A stretch of DNA of 64,000 nucleotides, from positions 32,001 to 96,000 of IMG/VR virus record IMGVR_UViG_3300033146_004128, one strand, 5' to 3'. A program made the translations under genes and the position numbers. This document shows, piece after piece, positions 34,894 to 44,376 of this stretch; position 1 is the first letter of the stretch, and the number at the start of each line of letters is the position of its first letter. The notes below the pieces were generated by a model that was given only the letters and a program-made list of their open reading frames with translations, was not told the DNA's origin and ran no database searches. The DNA comes from a virus.

Positions 34894-37302
34894 ATGAAAA
34901 GTCAAGTAACATCGAAGTTAACACAGCTCATCAATGATGAGGCAATGAAACAACTGGCAGACAACTATCATGAGTTGTTGCCTAAGCTCATAAAGATAGA
35001 TATAGATCACATCGAAGAAGATATGTCGTATGCTGTAGGTGCTGCCTATTTCATGATTGACAAGAGAATTATCTTTACTCCTATTATATACAGAGACGGA
35101 GCTGTTGACTCTATCTCTTATATAGGTGACACAGAGAACGAGACTCTATATGGTCTCACAAAGAGAATGTATAAGAGACTCATCAGTTCATCTAAGACAG
35201 AGTTTGGTAAAGCATTGTCAGAGAAAGAGCAAGAGAGACTTCTTATTGATAAAGGTATCATTGGAAGACTGTTCGCTACACCTCAGACAATATCTCCAAA
35301 GGTTGCCAGTGATGAGAACTACGAAGATAACATCATCATCGATATGCTAGACAGCCCTATCTTTGCAAAGTCTTTCGAGAAGTTGGCATCAATGCCTGCA
35401 TACAGAGAAGTACTTAACAAGGTGTATGGAGACAGAGTGTTTGAGAAGCTGGCGTCAGTCAACACCCTCCATAAGCTTGCATCTATAGATAGAGATGAAG
35501 ATGGATCAATGACATTCAACAGTATCTCTGATCTAAACTCTCTTCCTAAGAACAAGCGTGGTGAAGCAGCAATGGCTATTGCGAAAGAAGGCTTCTACAA
35601 GGTAGCATCAGCAGAGCCTACAAAGTCAGTTGCATTGAGGATCCCTACCATGGGAGAGCTTTTGATGAAGGCAAAGTCTAAGCTAGAGGTTCTTACAGAG
35701 CCAGGTATCTATAATGCTATTACGAAAGACCTTCGTCTTGTTCCTGCTATAGTTGCAAGACATGGGTCAGGGAATAAGAACTATATCTACTACCATGACA
35801 GTACAGCACTGGTTCAGAATGGTAGTCAAGAGCCAAGAAGCAAGAGGGGTGCATACAATTCACCTGAGAACCTTACTGGGTATCTAGGTATGGAGGCAGG
35901 TGCATTCAATGATGATCCTAGAAGTCATATCATATCTGTGTTTGGAGAAGAGAGAAAGCCTGTCAATGCAGACAAGTTGGTTATAACAGCATCGAAAGAT
36001 GACATCATTGTATACTCTATCAACAGTGTTACGAGAGTTGGAAAAGAGATTGTCGTAGATGTATGGTCTGATCCATCATCTGAGTCAATAGTGATAGGTG
36101 AAGCATACGGATACACCAAGAAGGAAAATACTACATACATACATCCTAACCATGTTCTGTTCCTAGGCAGGAAGTCAGGTCTCTCTCATGTAGGAGAGAG
36201 GAATAAAGCACACCCTCTGTCAGAGCTTATGACTACTGATGATATAGACAGTGCCTTTGTGAAGACAGCATCGTTTGATGTTACTTACTCTGCAGGTAGA
36301 TATTTCTATGGTAATGAGAGGCTAAGTAAGCCTGAATTAATCAATGAGTTAAGAGAAACTGGGTATGATAACGAAAGTATAAGCACGATTGTTAAAACAG
36401 CTCAGGACGCAGGCGGTATGCCTGTTGACTTCAACGAGATTTCTCTCACACTGAAGGCTATCCTGTCTGAGATAACTGAATCCAAAATACTCATGACTGA
36501 CTTACGTTCAGCTATGATGGCAGCACAAGGAATTGGAAATGGCGAGACTACAGAACAACCGCAACCGCAGGGGCAACCAGCGCAAACACCACAAGGCAAT
36601 CAGGGGCAACCAGAGCAAGCCACAGGGCAAGAAGGGCAGCCTGCAGGGGCTGATGGACAATCTGACCCAGCAGTTCAGTCTATTATGGAGTTGGCTGCTT
36701 CAGTGGGAGCAGACGGACAAGCGGTACTCCAAGCCGGTCAACAACAAGGTATGGAACCAGCACAAATAGCTCAACAGCTTCAGCAGGAGATATCACAAAT
36801 GCAGGGTGGCGGTGAACAACCACAGCCACAGCAAGGCGCAGGGCAAGGTTCTCCTATGGAGCAAGACATGGCTGCTCAAGGTCAGCAGATGGCAGGACAA
36901 GATCCTAGTCAGATGCAAGGACAAGCACAAAGTCCTCAGGTAGCAGGACAAGATGGTTCAGAGAGAACAACAGAAGAGCTACAACAGCAAGGGTATAACC
37001 CTAACATGACACCGGAGATGTTGGATCAGTTACAGCAGATAGCAGACAAGGATGTTCTTAATGCATCTATCATCTCTTATCTTGTTGACACTCCGGACGC
37101 AAAAGCAGTTACAAGTCAGTATATAGATGATATCACACGAGGTGTTAATGGTCTAGCTAGAACACTTCTTCTAGTAGAGATACAGAGAACATCATTTAAT
37201 GACCAGATTGGAGACAAGCAGTTGAACACATTCTTATCAAGAGGTAAGACACTCCTTAACCGTATGACAGACTTCGTTATAGATGTATCCGTTATAGACT
37301 AA
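34894..37302 (+). CDS. large putative virion/scaffold protein with seven K-x-A(S) motifs and a Q/G/P-rich linker
   Basis: KVAS x2, KLAS x3, KTAS, KTAQ; Q-rich stretch at about 36530-37010. Confidence 0.8.
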   Translation: MKSQVTSKLTQLINDEAMKQLADNYHELLPKLIKIDIDHIEEDMSYAVGAAYFMIDKRIIFTPIIYRDGAVDSISYIGDTENETLYGLTKRMYKRLISSSKTEFGKALSEKEQERLLIDKGIIGRLFATPQTISPKVASDENYEDNIIIDMLDSPIFAKSFEKLASMPAYREVLNKVYGDRVFEKLASVNTLHKLASIDRDEDGSMTFNSISDLNSLPKNKRGEAAMAIAKEGFYKVASAEPTKSVALRIPTMGELLMKAKSKLEVLTEPGIYNAITKDLRLVPAIVARHGSGNKNYIYYHDSTALVQNGSQEPRSKRGAYNSPENLTGYLGMEAGAFNDDPRSHIISVFGEERKPVNADKLVITASKDDIIVYSINSVTRVGKEIVVDVWSDPSSESIVIGEAYGYTKKENTTYIHPNHVLFLGRKSGLSHVGERNKAHPLSELMTTDDIDSAFVKTASFDVTYSAGRYFYGNERLSKPELINELRETGYDNESISTIVKTAQDAGGMPVDFNEISLTLKAILSEITESKILMTDLRSAMMAAQGIGNGETTEQPQPQGQPAQTPQGNQGQPEQATGQEGQPAGADGQSDPAVQSIMELAASVGADGQAVLQAGQQQGMEPAQIAQQLQQEISQMQGGGEQPQPQQGAGQGSPMEQDMAAQGQQMAGQDPSQMQGQAQSPQVAGQDGSERTTEELQQQGYNPNMTPEMLDQLQQIADKDVLNASIISYLVDTPDAKAVTSQYIDDITRGVNGLARTLLLVEIQRTSFNDQIGDKQLNTFLSRGKTLLNRMTDFVIDVSVID

Positions 37303-37310
37303 GGGTACTC

Positions 37311-38081
37311 ATGCGGAATCTTTCCATATTTGATGAGGACTTCAACCTCATCCGTGAGCCGGAAGAAGATAATACCTTCGACCTGGCTCTAGAAATCAGC
37401 AACAGACTAAAGGGCAAAACAAAGAAGCTATCTCACGACGCAACAGAATTGCTTGAGGCAGAGCAGGGTAGAATAAGAGGCTCATTCATAAAGCTTATGC
37501 TTTTTGCTGATGCACAAATAGAAACCATAGCAGCATGTATGGATATGAAAGAAGAACTTGTAGTAGCCTATAAAGAGATTTTCTTTGATACTTCACTTAT
37601 TCGTGGACAGCTTGGTAAGACAGAGATGTATGAAGACATGCTATACAAGTATGACGATGGTACACAACAGTTCAATTTCGCTACAATGCTAAGAGACGCT
37701 CACTTAGGTGGTCCGGACATCGTAATGGCACAGTTTAATATAGAGCTAGATGCATACGGTGTAGCATCCTATAAAGATAGAGAGCAGAAGTATATGATGT
37801 GGCAACTCAAGGATACAGACAGAGGAAGTAGGGACTACATCACTCTCAATGATCAAATGAGGGCAAGAAAAGCTGTCTTGACCACAATCAAAGAGGCTGC
37901 TGCAACAAACGGACATCACAAGATGTCAGACCTTGCATCTCTTGTCAGAATCATAGAGACAATGAGTGAAGAGAGTATGGGTGTTGGAGAGATTGAAGTA
38001 AGATCATACGACATAGAGACAGACACAGTCATGGAAGCAGATTTATTGCCAGCACCTACAGAAGGAAGTACAGATGAATAG
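37311..38081 (+). CDS. hypothetical protein (helical)
   Basis: 256-aa ORF directly upstream of the portal-like gene. Confidence 0.85.
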   Translation: MRNLSIFDEDFNLIREPEEDNTFDLALEISNRLKGKTKKLSHDATELLEAEQGRIRGSFIKLMLFADAQIETIAACMDMKEELVVAYKEIFFDTSLIRGQLGKTEMYEDMLYKYDDGTQQFNFATMLRDAHLGGPDIVMAQFNIELDAYGVASYKDREQKYMMWQLKDTDRGSRDYITLNDQMRARKAVLTTIKEAAATNGHHKMSDLASLVRIIETMSEESMGVGEIEVRSYDIETDTVMEADLLPAPTEGSTDE

Positions 38082-38105
38082 TAAAAAAACAACAGGAGAT
38101 ATGTA

Positions 38106-39935
38106 ATGGGATCAACGTTTAGTGGAAAATTATACGACAGAAGGTTTATGGGTAAGTATAATAACCTATCCAGTGTATACGCAGACATTCTGCCAAATGA
38201 TATCAAGGAAGTCATACAGTGGTCAGAGTTCATTGTAGCAAACGTACCTACTGTAGCATCAGCATTGGACAAGATGTCAAGTGTTGCCATTACAGCTCTA
38301 CAGTATATGACGTCAGACCTTACAGAGATGTCTTCGACAGACGCTAAGTCATGGAAGAATATCCTTGAAGAAGAAATGGACATAGAAGAGAAGCTACAAG
38401 AGATAGGGTTCAACTATCTTCTTAACGGTAACGTATTCCTATCTGTGTTCTTCCCAGTACATAGAACTGTTACATGCATGAAGTGCAAGACTTCACTGTC
38501 ACAGGAGAGATTCTCTTCAGTAAGCAAACTGAAGCCAGAGATGGAAGAGATGCTAGTGCAGAACAATGGTAAGAGAGACGGAAAGAAGATGCCAGGAGAG
38601 AAACAGCACTCAAAGAAGAAGGTGTTGGTATTCAAGGGTGCTTGTCCTGCCTGTGCATCAAAGTCAATATTCACCATACAGGACATAAAGGTGAAGAATA
38701 TGCAAGGGGTAAATGTTGTTAACTGGCCTGTGAACAGTATGAACTTCGTATCTGACAACATCACAGGTAGGAGTACATATTACTACAAGATGCCAAACTC
38801 AACAAAGAAGATGATCACTTCAGGGTTCCTTGACATGCTATTCCATCAGCCATTAGATATGATAGAGTCAGCAGTAAACAATACAGCAGTAAAGTTTGAT
38901 CAGGATAAGATTCTACATATAAAGAGAAAGAAGATGTCCGGGACAAACACAGGATGGGGAATGCCTATACTTACCTCATCGATACCAGAGATGATCTCTC
39001 TACTCTTGCTTAGAAAGTCTCAAGAGAGAATACTATCGGATATGATATTCCCGTTACGAGGATTGTCACCAAGGGCAGCAGGGTCTGATGGTAACGCAGT
39101 GTACAACTTCATGTCCGGAAGTGACCTGACGAAGAAGGTAGAGGCTATTCTGATGCAACATAAGAACAATCCTACCTCTGTAAAGTTCTTCCCTATACCT
39201 CTAGACCAAGTGAATGCATTCGGAGAGGGTAAGGCACTCAACCTAAGCGAAGAGATAGACCAGATATCTACAATGATTATGACTTCTATTGGTGTACCTA
39301 TTGAGTTCGTAAAAGGTGGTCTTGGATATACAGCTGCCGGTGCATCTATTAGAGTGCTTGAAAACCAGTTGATGGGACTAACAAACTCTATGGAGAAGGT
39401 AGCAAACTTTGTAGCCAAGCAGATAGCAACATTCACAGATAAGAAACAGGTAAGGATTAAGATTACTCCATTCAGAATCATCGATGACCTTGCAGAGAAG
39501 CAAATCTTACTTCAAATGTACCAAGGACAGAAAGTATCAGATCACACTATGGCATCTATGTTCAAGCTCGATGCGAAGACAGAGAACGACAGAATGGAAG
39601 AGGAAGCAAAAGCAGGTGCAAGAACACAGGCTGCTGTGCAAGAGTATATGCAGAACATATCTCAGAACCTCGAAGAGAAGGCAAAGACAGAGGCTATGCT
39701 ATCTCAGAGTTCTACTCAGCAAGTCAATCAACAAGCTATCATGCAAGAGGCAGATCAGATGGCAGCACAGTTACAGCAGATGGAATCCGGGCAGCGTAAG
39801 TCAGAGATGGATCGTCTTCAGAAAGAGAACTGGCTATTATATGTTGCTACTAAGGAACGCATGGAGTTCAATGGTCGCAAGGACGCTACACAGGCTGCGC
39901 AACAACAACAAGCTGAACAGCAAGGAGGAATGTAA
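38106..39935 (+). CDS. portal protein-like, with CxxC..CxxC insertion
   Basis: VPTVASALDKM, NYLLNGNVF, KILHIK..S...GWGMPIL, long helical Q-rich C-terminus. Confidence 0.65.
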   Translation: MGSTFSGKLYDRRFMGKYNNLSSVYADILPNDIKEVIQWSEFIVANVPTVASALDKMSSVAITALQYMTSDLTEMSSTDAKSWKNILEEEMDIEEKLQEIGFNYLLNGNVFLSVFFPVHRTVTCMKCKTSLSQERFSSVSKLKPEMEEMLVQNNGKRDGKKMPGEKQHSKKKVLVFKGACPACASKSIFTIQDIKVKNMQGVNVVNWPVNSMNFVSDNITGRSTYYYKMPNSTKKMITSGFLDMLFHQPLDMIESAVNNTAVKFDQDKILHIKRKKMSGTNTGWGMPILTSSIPEMISLLLLRKSQERILSDMIFPLRGLSPRAAGSDGNAVYNFMSGSDLTKKVEAILMQHKNNPTSVKFFPIPLDQVNAFGEGKALNLSEEIDQISTMIMTSIGVPIEFVKGGLGYTAAGASIRVLENQLMGLTNSMEKVANFVAKQIATFTDKKQVRIKITPFRIIDDLAEKQILLQMYQGQKVSDHTMASMFKLDAKTENDRMEEEAKAGARTQAAVQEYMQNISQNLEEKAKTEAMLSQSSTQQVNQQAIMQEADQMAAQLQQMESGQRKSEMDRLQKENWLLYVATKERMEFNGRKDATQAAQQQQAEQQGGM

Positions 39936-40132
39936 TGAGCAAGAAGAAGATAACATCAGTAAGCATACCATGTAGGGGACTTAAGCCTTCTAAGACAAGA
40001 GGGTTTAGTTGTAAGCAAGAAGTTAAGACAGCAAAGCAATTCATCACAACTCACAGAGCTAGATCTAAGGGATACGATTCACTATCTGACATTCCCGTAT
40101 CTATTCATAAATTTATAGACTCAACAGGATAA
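39935..40132 (+). CDS. small hypothetical protein
   Basis: 65 aa, TAATG coupling; FITTHRARSKGY motif. Confidence 0.75.
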   Translation: MSKKKITSVSIPCRGLKPSKTRGFSCKQEVKTAKQFITTHRARSKGYDSLSDIPVSIHKFIDSTG

Positions 40133-40136
40133 CATA

Positions 40137-40919
40137 ATGGCAAAAGACAAAAGCGTAAAGAAGAAAGAAGATAGAGAGTTAACCTTTGGTGAGAAGGTTC
40201 TTGGTTTTGGTGCTGGGTCAATCGCAGGTGGTGCAGTAGGACTTGGAGGTCAGATAGGAATAACGCTTGGAACAATAAAGGCTATGAACTCTAATCGTGG
40301 AGAGAAGTTTGACATGGAGAAGCTTCGTAAGAGCGTAACAGGAAAATCAAAAGATGGTTCCCTGGTCATGATTGACAATAAGTCACCACTATCATCACAT
40401 TATGCATCAAAACATGTAATCGATGCAGGAGGCGCTCCTCTTGGTAGGAAGAGTGGAGGAAAGAGATACGTCTCTTCACCACATGATAATGCAGCCATAA
40501 CAGCTCACGAGTTAGCACACTCGTCAAGTAAGTTCGTAAATCATAAGGCTGGTGCCGTAGCGTACGGACTATCAACTCTTGGAACTGCAGGTGCTCTACC
40601 TATAGCAGCAATGATACAAGGAGCAAGAGGTGAAGATCTAACCAAGACAGAAGCAGCAGGAATGCTCGGTGTATCTGCTCCTATGTTATATGAAGAGAGT
40701 AGAGCAAACATAAAAGCTTTCCAGGCATTAAGAAAGATGAAGCATAGAGACGGTCTATTGAGAGCATCTCTTCCGCTTATTGGATCTCAGCTGTCATATA
40801 CTGGGATGGCTGCGCTTCCATTTGCAATACGAAAAGGTGCTAAGACCGCTAGAGAGTATGTAGACAAGAATATTGTAGACCCAAATTCATCTACTAGCAA
40901 CTTGGCCTCTGCTCTATAG
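40137..40919 (+). CDS. membrane-associated zinc metallopeptidase (Zn_peptidase_2-like)
   Basis: ITAHELAH (HExxH), downstream EESRAN and a QLSY end motif; N-terminal glycine zipper. Confidence 0.7.
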   Translation: MAKDKSVKKKEDRELTFGEKVLGFGAGSIAGGAVGLGGQIGITLGTIKAMNSNRGEKFDMEKLRKSVTGKSKDGSLVMIDNKSPLSSHYASKHVIDAGGAPLGRKSGGKRYVSSPHDNAAITAHELAHSSSKFVNHKAGAVAYGLSTLGTAGALPIAAMIQGARGEDLTKTEAAGMLGVSAPMLYEESRANIKAFQALRKMKHRDGLLRASLPLIGSQLSYTGMAALPFAIRKGAKTAREYVDKNIVDPNSSTSNLASAL

Positions 40920-40942
40920 TATTTGAATATGGAAAGAAATAC

Positions 40943-40950
40943 TGTATAAT
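40943..40950 (+). promoter_or_regulatory. -10 TGTATAAT with TTGAAT -35-like element
   Basis: Intergenic, upstream of ATG 40974. Confidence 0.55.
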
Positions 40951-40973
40951 TTACAGATAAAAAGGAATATAAT

Positions 40974-41882
40974 ATGTCAAAATTTATGACCAGTGTAATT
41001 ATAAGGGGAGGGATAAACTTCTTGGGTAAACATCTATTAAACAGAGAAGGACCTCTCCAATCAACAATAGATGCAAGCGACCCCGCATCATGGACGTATA
41101 CAGGGAGTCAATTTTCATTTTCAGAAGGTACATTCAGCAGTACAAACCACTCTCATCGCTCAACATCTAGTATGAGCATGACAGTTCCACTGCTTAGTTT
41201 CATTAGACTTAAGTGGAGAGTAAGCTCAGAGGGCGGATGGGATTATATAAATATTTACATAAACGGAGAGAGAGTGATAAGAAGGTCAGGAGACAGTGGC
41301 TGGACTGACTTCAACTACACTGTAGATGGAGAACCACTTGAAAATGCAACTATAAAGATAGAATATTACAAGGATGGTAGTGTATCTAGAGGAGAAGATA
41401 GATGTCAAGTGAAAGATATAGTCGTGTCTGGACCAACTGTGTTTGGACCTCCTCCATGGAGACTTATGCATCAGTTCGCCTCAAATACCGGTGCACCTCC
41501 ATACCCTAACGAAGTCAGCCTTAATGGGGCTCACGAGGCAATCAATACACACGCCAAGCTTGACGCTGCAGGAATAACACACTCGTTGAGCCATTATAAC
41601 TATTCAGGCTATACTAGACCGGCAAACTACCTTCAGGCATTCAGAAGCGGATCACCTCAAGGATATATAGAAGTCACTATGCCAGTTGGATTCACTGAGA
41701 TGAAAGTAGAGTGGGGAAACTGGTATAGTGGACATGTGTTCCTTAAAGTTAATGGGACAACAATAAAGACTCTTTCTCCAAACCAGAAAGCAGATGTTGA
41801 AGAGTTCGCATGCTCCTCAGGCAGCAAGGTTAGAATACAAGAGGATGGGATTCTTTTTGTGAAAGCAATATGGGTACGATGA
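40974..41882 (+). CDS. beta-sandwich carbohydrate-binding/adhesin-like protein
   Basis: WRVSSEGGWDY..IYING...SGDSGW...YYKDGS...GED...KDI jelly-roll motif. Confidence 0.6.
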   Translation: MSKFMTSVIIRGGINFLGKHLLNREGPLQSTIDASDPASWTYTGSQFSFSEGTFSSTNHSHRSTSSMSMTVPLLSFIRLKWRVSSEGGWDYINIYINGERVIRRSGDSGWTDFNYTVDGEPLENATIKIEYYKDGSVSRGEDRCQVKDIVVSGPTVFGPPPWRLMHQFASNTGAPPYPNEVSLNGAHEAINTHAKLDAAGITHSLSHYNYSGYTRPANYLQAFRSGSPQGYIEVTMPVGFTEMKVEWGNWYSGHVFLKVNGTTIKTLSPNQKADVEEFACSSGSKVRIQEDGILFVKAIWVR

Positions 41883-41883
41883 T

Positions 41884-42174
41884 ATGTATGATAAAGAAGC
41901 ATTAAGTATGAAGCTTACGGCAATGAAGAGACTGCAGAGTAAGTACGCTGGTCTTGCCAGTGAAGCCACTGAGCAAGCAAACATAATAAAGAGTATAGAT
42001 GGGGCAAGCAAAGAGGCTCTGAACTATGCCAGGATCGGAGAGAGCAGCGAAAAGAAACTGTACTCTCTTAGAGACAAGATAAAAAGTAAGGTATCAAAGA
42101 GATACAAGAAGATATACAAGACAGAGCCAACCATGCTAGGAAAGCTTACTCGGCTCATACAAGGTAAGAAGTAA
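41884..42174 (+). CDS. small basic coiled-coil protein with N-terminal K-x-A motif
   Basis: MYDKEAL. Confidence 0.75.
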   Translation: MYDKEALSMKLTAMKRLQSKYAGLASEATEQANIIKSIDGASKEALNYARIGESSEKKLYSLRDKIKSKVSKRYKKIYKTEPTMLGKLTRLIQGKK

Positions 42175-42620
42175 TGGCAGCAAGGACAGAAAGAAGAGAG
42201 CCAACCGAGGCAGAGATACAAAAGGCTATCATGCAGTACCTGGCCACTAGGAAGAAGATGGTATTTTGGAGGCAAAACTCAGGATCATTTGTTGCTCCAG
42301 TATTACGTGCCATCGCTGCAGTCTTAGTCAAGTTTGGACTAGGCAAAAAGAAGATGGCTATCATGGCAGCCGTAAAGAAGGCTGCAGGTCACTATAAGTG
42401 TACAAGTGAACCAGGCATACCTGACATAACAGCAATATATCGTGGTGTATACGTTGGTCTTGAGGTGAAGACAAAGGTTGGAAGACTTACTAAGGACCAA
42501 AAGGTGATGCACGACAGAATGCACAAAAATGGTGTCAAGGTTGTCATTGTAAGAAGTGTTGATGAAGTGAAGATGGTGCTTGCTGACATAGACGAACTCT
42601 TTGAGAGAAGTGGTGCATAG
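42174..42620 (+). CDS. VRR-NUC domain nuclease
   Basis: TEAEIQKAIMQYL, GIPDI, GLEVKTKVGRLTKDQ, VVIVRSVDEV. Confidence 0.9.
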   Translation: MAARTERREPTEAEIQKAIMQYLATRKKMVFWRQNSGSFVAPVLRAIAAVLVKFGLGKKKMAIMAAVKKAAGHYKCTSEPGIPDITAIYRGVYVGLEVKTKVGRLTKDQKVMHDRMHKNGVKVVIVRSVDEVKMVLADIDELFERSGA

Positions 42621-42621
42621 C

Positions 42622-43269
42622 ATGAGCTACAGTAATCTAAGCAAGTGGATCAGTGACAAGTTTGGCGACATAGAGGTGAAAACATTGTCGTCTCTATCTG
42701 TGTGCATATATGGGACATATAGCATAGATATAGAGATGAGTTCTGAAGGAATGAGACTGGTATCAGACAGGGATCTCAATCTTCCTGTTATAGGACCAAA
42801 AGAAGGAATAGGTTGTGAAGAGATAGCCGGCTTCAGAGTCAAGGGCGCTACAGAACTCAGGAATATAGATATACTATTTGATATGAGTGATGTGTCAAAG
42901 TCTTCATTATTCATACAGAGAGGAGCAAAGCATACGTATCCGGACTCAGGAGTTGGTGTGATAGTAAATGCTGACATAAGCCTTGCTATATTCATAGCTT
43001 GGTACTTGTCTATTGATGAGGTGTCAACACACATAAACAATGAAGATGATGTTATAAAGGCACTAGAGATGCTTCCTGTTCCATTCTCTGATAAGCTAAT
43101 ACACTCAAAGTTTGTAAATGCTATAAAAAGCTCAATGGATGAAGAGGTAAGACTCATCATAAATGTAGAAGAGATGATATCTAGGGTGAAGGGGATAAGG
43201 CTTGATCTTATAGATGAAGTTCACTACTATCTCGAACATGATTGTCATTCCAATACAGACTCATTTTAG
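42622..43269 (+). CDS. hypothetical protein
   Basis: About 215-aa ORF in operon. Confidence 0.8.
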   Translation: MSYSNLSKWISDKFGDIEVKTLSSLSVCIYGTYSIDIEMSSEGMRLVSDRDLNLPVIGPKEGIGCEEIAGFRVKGATELRNIDILFDMSDVSKSSLFIQRGAKHTYPDSGVGVIVNADISLAIFIAWYLSIDEVSTHINNEDDVIKALEMLPVPFSDKLIHSKFVNAIKSSMDEEVRLIINVEEMISRVKGIRLDLIDEVHYYLEHDCHSNTDSF

Positions 43270-43304
43270 ATATACTACGATAACAAGAATTTTAAGGAAA
43301 TAAC

Positions 43305-44375
43305 ATGAGTAACAAAAAAGTTTTACTATATAAAGACAAGATGGCTCCACTTACACATAGAGAATTGGATGACAACTTTGAGCTATTGGGTGCCAAGGCA
43401 GATGGAACGTTCTCTGGAGACTTTGCTATTGTGCTTGAAGGAATGAAGAGCGAAGACTATGTGAACCTTAGTAATGGTGCAGGTCACGCAAAACTGGAGG
43501 GACCTTGCCCACTATACGATAGTGACGGTAGTGCTATGTATCCTATAGAAGGTGAGATAGGAATAAAATTTGATCCTTCGACAGGAAGAAAGTCTTTTGT
43601 GTTGCTACCAAATGATGAAGATATGGCTCTATCTCCAAACGGACAGATAATTGCATCAGCAGGTGGGAGTAGAATTGTAATATCTTTTCTTGAAGATGAA
43701 AAATTTGGAGAGTTTTCGTTACCTGCTGGTTTTACCTCCCAGACATATTGTTGGTGGAAAGATGACGAAACACTATATGTAGCTGGCCACAGATATACTG
43801 ACATACTTGTACTGAAAGTTGATCTAACTAAAGACTCTCTTCTTGTGCTAGATAGTACCATGTCCGATATGTTGCCGGTAAACAAAAGAGGGGTCGTTCT
43901 TAGTGGAGACTATGCATGTTCCTATGACTATTCCAACAATAGCATTGTGACTGTTCATATTTCTACAGGTACAAAAGCGGTATTACCAGAAGAGTCAATA
44001 TCAGCTACAGCAGAATTTTTTGCCATATCTTTAATTGGGATGAAAGATAACAAGTCAATGTTTATAGGAATAGAGTATAACATGAATGAAGCTGGGGATA
44101 ATCTAGATATAGGATCCCTAGCTGTTGTTGGTATAGCCTTGGACGTGAACGGGTCTTTTACAAAGATGTATGATATGGATATGTCTGTTCTTGAGTCAGC
44201 AATGCTACTAAGCGATGATAATGAATTTGTACTTCAAAGACATGTCGTCCAAGGAAAAGAGTTCTATAAGCCTACATATCAAGAATTTTTTACAGGAATA
44301 TACATCCCAAATGAGGATAGATGTTTAGGTATAAACACGCTTTCTCAGGAGATAGCAGTTAAAAAAGGCAAATAA
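43305..44375 (+). CDS. tail fiber/appendage protein with N-terminal LTHxELDxNF motif and possible beta-propeller
   Basis: KMAPLTHRELDDNF; MALSPNGQIIAS propeller-like blade. Confidence 0.55.
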   Translation: MSNKKVLLYKDKMAPLTHRELDDNFELLGAKADGTFSGDFAIVLEGMKSEDYVNLSNGAGHAKLEGPCPLYDSDGSAMYPIEGEIGIKFDPSTGRKSFVLLPNDEDMALSPNGQIIASAGGSRIVISFLEDEKFGEFSLPAGFTSQTYCWWKDDETLYVAGHRYTDILVLKVDLTKDSLLVLDSTMSDMLPVNKRGVVLSGDYACSYDYSNNSIVTVHISTGTKAVLPEESISATAEFFAISLIGMKDNKSMFIGIEYNMNEAGDNLDIGSLAVVGIALDVNGSFTKMYDMDMSVLESAMLLSDDNEFVLQRHVVQGKEFYKPTYQEFFTGIYIPNEDRCLGINTLSQEIAVKKGK

Positions 44376-44376
44376 C

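Noticed and set aside
39484-39975. 163-aa alternative + frame inside the portal-like gene
   Set aside because: Fully overlapping, no SD; R/K/Q composition mirrors the Q/A-rich main frame
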